Shown one piece after another: positions 57,901 to 64,000 of a stretch of 64,000 nt of DNA. Origin of the DNA: Octopus vulgaris. Its lineage: Eukaryota. A program made the position numbers and the translations under genes. The notes beneath the pieces are model-generated. The model saw only the letters and a list, made by a program, of their open reading frames with translations, did no database searches and was not told the origin of the DNA. The DNA lies in NCBI GenBank assembly GCA_951406725.2, contig OX597823.1:101370001-101434000 (forward strand), read 5' to 3'. The stretch's first letter is position 1. The number at the start of each line of letters is the position of its first letter.

Positions 57901-58934
57901 CCAAAGCATTCTATAGGAGATTAGTGGAGGGGAGGTACGACGACGAGCTCGGGGCGAACCTGGACGTCGACGAGGAGTACCTAACCCGCCTGTTCAGGAC
58001 GACTTTCGGGCCAGGGCCCATGGACAACTTCCAGAGATCCCTGGCCTGGCAGTGTTACCGAGAAGCGCTACCCGTTCGGGATAAGCTCTACAGACACGGC
58101 TCGAGAAACACGGGGCCGACCTGCCCGAGATGCGGTCAGAGCGACGAAAACGTTCTGCACGCACTCGTGCAGTGTCCAACAATTTCCGACCTGTGGGCTT
58201 GTGTCGAACAACTGCTGTCACGTGTGGGGCGAGTTGGTTTATCAGCTGAGTCTATCGTCAATATTGTCACGCCTCCTTCCTTCAAACGGGAAGGAAGAGC
58301 TATTTTCATCATCCTTGTGGCTATGGCGAAAGAATGTATCTGGTGGACGCGTCTGAAAGGATTGGAGACAAACACTTTCCTCTCTGGTCAATCTCTCATC
58401 AACTTCTTCAAGTACCACTTGAAAAGGAAAGTGAAAGTAGAGAAGCAAGTTTTGTCTAGCGAATGTTTAAAAAAAAGATGGGTGAATGTAGCAAGGATGG
58501 CACGTATGAATGACGAAGCCACCTTGAGCATAATCCTATGAACCCAGAAATTGAAAACAGAGGGTTACCCACTTGCAAACAAATGTGGTAACATATAACA
58601 ATATTGACCAAGGTCACCGTGGTCTTTTTCGTAGGCTTTTCTTCCCACGGATAAACCTTACTTGCTTTCCCCTTTACACCATATATCATAACACGATCCC
58701 TATTGATCGTTCTTTTTTTTTCCTCTTCCCCTTTTTTCTTCTTTTTTCATTTCTCTTTTCTTTTGTTCCTTTTCCTTTTCTTTTTTTTCTTTTTATTCTT
58801 TTTATTTTTTATTTTATTTATTTATTATTTATTTTTTTTCTTTTGTTTTTTGGTTTTTTTCATCCCCCAAAAGAAAAGCTCTACCTTGTAACTTGTCCCA
58901 TCTGTGTGCAGCCCTGTGTGGCCAATAAAGAAAC
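54938..58934 (+). mobile_element. Tx1-like (L1 group) LINE, internally deleted and rearranged, within (TATC)n
   Basis: ORF1 with CYLCGSETHLKKTC knuckle. RT motifs LDQSKAFDRVDH, QGCPLS and YADD. C-terminal CPRC..H..C. AATAAA precedes the (TATC)n tail. Confidence 0.88.
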
Positions 58935-59042
<108 letters not shown>

Positions 59043-59269
59043 ATGTCTGTCTGTCTACCTATCTATCTATATGTATGAGTATACAAACATATGCAAAGAT
59101 GCACGTACATAAGTGTGTGTGTGTGCGTGTGTGTGGATGTATTTATATATGATAATATATGATAACATGATATATACATTTAAAATGTAATTTTGTACAT
59201 TGTTTATGTTGCAGCTCGAATTTATAGACCGTAATACTGCGAAAAGGTCCAATGCAAATTTATATATGC

Positions 59270-59306
<37 letters not shown>

Positions 59307-59715
59307 TAGGTAGGGAGATAGATGGATATATAGATAGATAGAGAGAAAGAGAGAGCGGGAGATTAGATGCGTGTATATATGTATTATGTATTTATGTATA
59401 TGTGTAGCCGTTATCTCACTTAATTTTCTCCTGCGCTTCTTTCAGCGGATGTCAAACAAGTGACTTGCTACACAATAGCGAGTAGATTTTCAGAATTCGT
59501 TTATCTATGAGATAGACAGTATTCTGTACAGTAGGTGGCTTGATATTAAGCGATTACTCGCCAAGTATATCCTATATACTGCACAAACATACATCATGTT
59601 ATCGGCATGATACCCAAGAATATTTCCATTTCAGTAATAACTGCTTTGTGTCAGTAAAACCACATAACAACTTAATTCTCTCACACACACGCATAGGCAC
59701 ATATATACTTATATA

Positions 59716-59753
<38 letters not shown>

Positions 59754-59785
59754 TATATAAGTATATATATATGCATATTATAATA

Positions 59786-59819
<34 letters not shown>

Positions 59820-59923
59820 TGTGTCTGTCTGTGTGGAAGTATGTGCAACTCACGCATATACACCTATATGTATATTTACATTTATATATAAATGCTTTTA
59901 TAAATGTGTGTATGTATATACAT

Positions 59924-59970
<47 letters not shown>

Positions 59971-60153
59971 TGTGTGTGTGCATGTGTGTGTGTGTGTATG
60001 TGTGTGTGTGTGTGTGTGACTACGCATACAACCTATTGATTTATAATCTGCTTATAGTTTTACATCTTTGGTAACATTTATGGAATATAGATATGCTTAC
60101 ATGCCCGCATGCATACATATGTACATACATTCACACATACATACATACATACA

Positions 60154-60187
<34 letters not shown>

Positions 60188-60292
60188 CATACCATACATA
60201 CATATATACATACATACATACATATATACGGACGGTCCGACAAACAGACAGACGGGCATAATATCTTTTTTTTAATGTTAATCTTCCATCTA

Positions 60293-60323
<31 letters not shown>

Positions 60324-60691
60324 CTAGCAGTATCGCCCGGCGTTGCTCGGATTTGTAAGGGAAATAACTATAAAGCATTTTTAGAGAGTTATAGCCAAAA
60401 AATAGAAAAAAATGGAAAAAAATTATGGTAAATTTTTTTTGAGAGTTAAAAAGGTCGAGTTGCGTCCCCCTAGACAGTCTGTGGTTTGTGTTTCTGATTC
60501 TCGACCCCATGTTGAATTTATCGATTTTTTTCAGAACTGGGGGAACTTTTCAAAATTTTCGCTGCGTTAGTTTTGCATTATGACATTGGGCTATGTGTGT
60601 GTCAAGTTTCATCAGAATCGGTTGAAAGCCGTGACCAGGGTGAGGGTACAACCTGACAGACACACAGACAGACAAACTGCCGTTTATATAT

Positions 60692-60694
<3 letters not shown>
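60324..60694 (-). mobile_element. Non-autonomous Helitron
   Basis: Same 3' hairpin and CTAG end as the 45330 copy, with a 5' TCTATATATAAA end. Confidence 0.8.
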
Positions 60695-60746
<52 letters not shown>

Positions 60747-60856
60747 GCACAATACAATACAAACGCTTACTAACTAACGCAAACACAAGAAGCGTATATT
60801 TCACAATCATTCTATGACTTGTAGAGCATGTGTGTGTGTCTTTGTCTGTGAGCGTG

Positions 60857-60902
<46 letters not shown>

Positions 60903-61052
60903 AAAATTAAGTTCGATTGTTTGGATAGAGGAACAAAAAATGCGACAAACTGAAATAAAGAGTTCAATACTGCTCTGAAATGTAGTTGGGATTATAAATG
61001 AATGCATCAATGCCGAGAGTAGTGATAAGGATGCCCGACTTACTCTATGTGT

Positions 61053-61113
<61 letters not shown>

Positions 61114-61576
61114 CACATACCGGCCATTCTCAGGACACAGCATTTACGTACTCCCAGAAATTTGTATGTATATATATATATATGTATATATATGTATGCA
61201 TTTATATATATATGTATATTTAAGTATATATATATATATGTATGTGTATATAGATTTATTTATATATATATATATGTACATATATGCATATATATGTATA
61301 CATGTATATATATTTATATATGTATAAATATATATATTTAGATATAATATATATATATATATATATATACGTGTACTTATGTAATTGCAGATGTATATAC
61401 ATTCATATGCATGCAATTGTATGTATGTATGTATGTATGTATGTAAGTATGCATGTATGTGTGCAAACATGTATGTGCTTGCATGTGTATGTATATATAA
61501 ACGTGTGAGGGTGTATGCGCACAGAAACAAATATATAGATATATGAAGGCACAGCCTTCTCTCTCCCTCACTGTCT

Positions 61577-61617
<41 letters not shown>

Positions 61618-62716
61618 ACACGCACATACACACACACTCATCACACACGCATACACAAATATACACGCTACTCACGCACTCATACATACATTATTTTCAT
61701 TATTAATATGTATATGGAAGCAATCTATGTTTCCAGTAAATTGCCATTTTCGCCTTTTATCCCAAAGCAGCACTTTCACCTAGCAACAACATCGTTCCAC
61801 AATTCCATGATGTAGGACTGCTTCGTATATTTTCATTCTCCCATATTTTTGTTGAATAAACACAGGACATTGTTGTTACACGTGATTATGGTTTCAAAAG
61901 ACGTCTAATTAAAGACTTCTGTCTAAATACTGAAGATATGTAAATAATGTAAGCAGGAAATTGGTCAATATGAAGATATCTAAAATAGGAAAATATGTAA
62001 AACGACACATATGTAAATGAGGCATATTTAGATGAAGTTTAATCCTCTGTCTCTGTGTGTCTCCCTTTCCTTTTCATCCTCCTCCTTCTCGCTGCTGTTA
62101 AATATAGCTACTTTAAGAGTGAGAACCAATATGTGATTTAATTTTTTATATATTCTAAAGACTCTGGTACATAGCAAGACAATCCATAAATTTCTTGTTG
62201 AGTCCCAGACACTATGGAATGAAGATCTAAAAAATAGGATCCTGAAAACATACAATTATCGTAATTATTCTGGGAAAAGGGATATAGGTTTCGTCGTTGT
62301 TGCTCAGCTCCAGCTCAGCTCTGATCGAGTAAAACATTGGTCAAAGGCATTCCATCCGTGACCTTCCTGAATTCTTTTTATGATGGTTGGTATATTTCGG
62401 CGTATATCATTGAAATGATTTTTCCATATTCAAAACTGTATAGATTGTTGTGAAGGAGGCGTCACTGCTAGTTAATGCAGGCTCAATGGCCACAGAGGCT
62501 CCTATTTCATTGTTATTGTTTAGGTCCATGTCAGCTCTGAGCAAGAAAATATTTGATCAGAGAGTTTCCAGTCAGGGTCAGCCGTCTTTATATCCTTATA
62601 TTGGACAGCACTGTCCAATATGCCTTTTGTTTAAAACGGCTGGCTGTGATTTAAGGAAAATTTCTATTGCACAGGTAATACTTTTGGGCCAAGCGTTATT
62701 ATCACAACGCTTTATA

Positions 62717-62935
62717 ACGGTGAGCTGCGAAAATCATTAGCTCGGCGGACAATATGCTTAGCAGCATTTCGGTCGTATTTACGTTCTGAGTCCAAATTCC
62801 GTCGAAGTCGACTTTGCTTTTCATCCTTTCAGGATCTATAAAATAAATTCCAGTTGAGCATTGCGCTGGATGTAATCGACTATCTTCCTCCTCCTCCTCC
62901 AAATTCCAAGCCTTCTGCCTGTAATAAAAAGGATT
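62717..62935 (+). mobile_element. Decayed SINE of the 44652 family
   Basis: ATGCTTAGCAGCATTTCG..TTCTGAGTCCAAATTCC..GTCGACTTTGCTTTTCATCC. Confidence 0.7.
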
Positions 62936-63526
62936 AATATCACAGCACTCATTTCTTCCACTCCCGTTGATGATGATTCTATCTATCACAACAGTATCAA
63001 TGTGCATGGCTTTGTGTTGCGAATATTGAACTCGCAATCATAAAGTCGTGATTTCGATATCCAGACCTAGTGTCTCGTTATGTTGTTGATGTGTTATTGA
63101 CCAAAAATGAAGTGTTGTTGAACGAAACACTCCATTTCAAGTTATACCAGTCCAACTCAATTGAAAATCAGTTTTAACAAACCCCAGGGTGGAAGCAGGG
63201 TTAACCCAACGACGGACTGGCGTCTCGATTGTGAAGGAGTAATGTACTCCCCATTGCTTATTCACCATAGAAACTGGAGTAAACTCCGATCTAGTGATTC
63301 TGTAGACCTAAAACCACAACAATGTGAGATTCTTCTAATAGCAGAAACAGTTGTAAGTTAATAATGGTGATTATATAGCTCTAGTTCTTTGTTATTCATT
63401 GAATGATACTACGCTCTCTACTCTCCTGATGCTTTCCTCTTAACCATAAGTATACTGAGTTCTAACAACTGGCTATTAGTATCACCACGTCTAAATAAAT
63501 TCATTACACACACACACATACACACA

Positions 63527-63611
<85 letters not shown>

Positions 63612-64000
63612 AATGTTTAACTCAATGTCTCGTACTTGAGGTGAGATTTGAAAAATGACAACGAAAAAAGATTGAAAGAAATTATGTAATTTACATATTT
63701 CTAAACACCGGAACACTTATCATCGACATTGTTATTAGATGGTGTTGTTGCTTAGCAAAAGATCATCTCTGACAAACCGATCTATGATCAAAAGTAATCT
63801 AGTCATAGCGATTCTAACTTTTCTATAAACTATTTCGTGTTTCGGACTTCAGTACCCGTTGATTTTTGCTTATTTACTTTTCAGGACGATATAGTGTGAA
63901 TTTAAAGGAGATTCAGCTGCTATTTTAAACATTTTGATCCAACTTTTTAACTCACTTCTGTTGTTATTGTCGCTGCTGCCCATGCTGAGTTCTGATTGAG

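Noticed and set aside
62292-62364. Minus-strand CTGGAGCTGAGCAAC resembling the monomer's CTGGGGCTAAA.GCAAC
   Set aside because: Too short and degenerate, and the flanks do not align with the monomer.

Overview
Eukaryotic, AT-rich, microsatellite-saturated DNA with no recognisable host exon. The repeat content resembles an octopus/cephalopod genome (inference). Most ORFs in the supplied track are microsatellite artefacts. Real coding remnants are all transposon-derived: Penelope-like elements (GIY-YIG) with hammerhead-ribozyme pLTRs, a CR1-like LINE nested in an R4/Dong-like remnant, a near full-length R4/Dong-like RLE LINE, a rearranged Tx1-like LINE, mariner and pogo fragments, and a Ulp1-like protease fragment. 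There are also tRNA-derived SINEs, three non-autonomous Helitrons, a solo LTR and a hAT MITE. The most striking object is an array of near-identical 360-bp monomers (23076-25173): four exact + copies and about 1.8 inverted copies joined at a hairpin. A highly diverged single homolog at 32259-32572 preserves a multi-helix RNA fold through compensatory changes. I cannot assign this RNA to a known family; it is a candidate novel retrozyme-like structured, possibly self-processing, RNA. An orphan canonical hammerhead lies at 42942-42992 (-).
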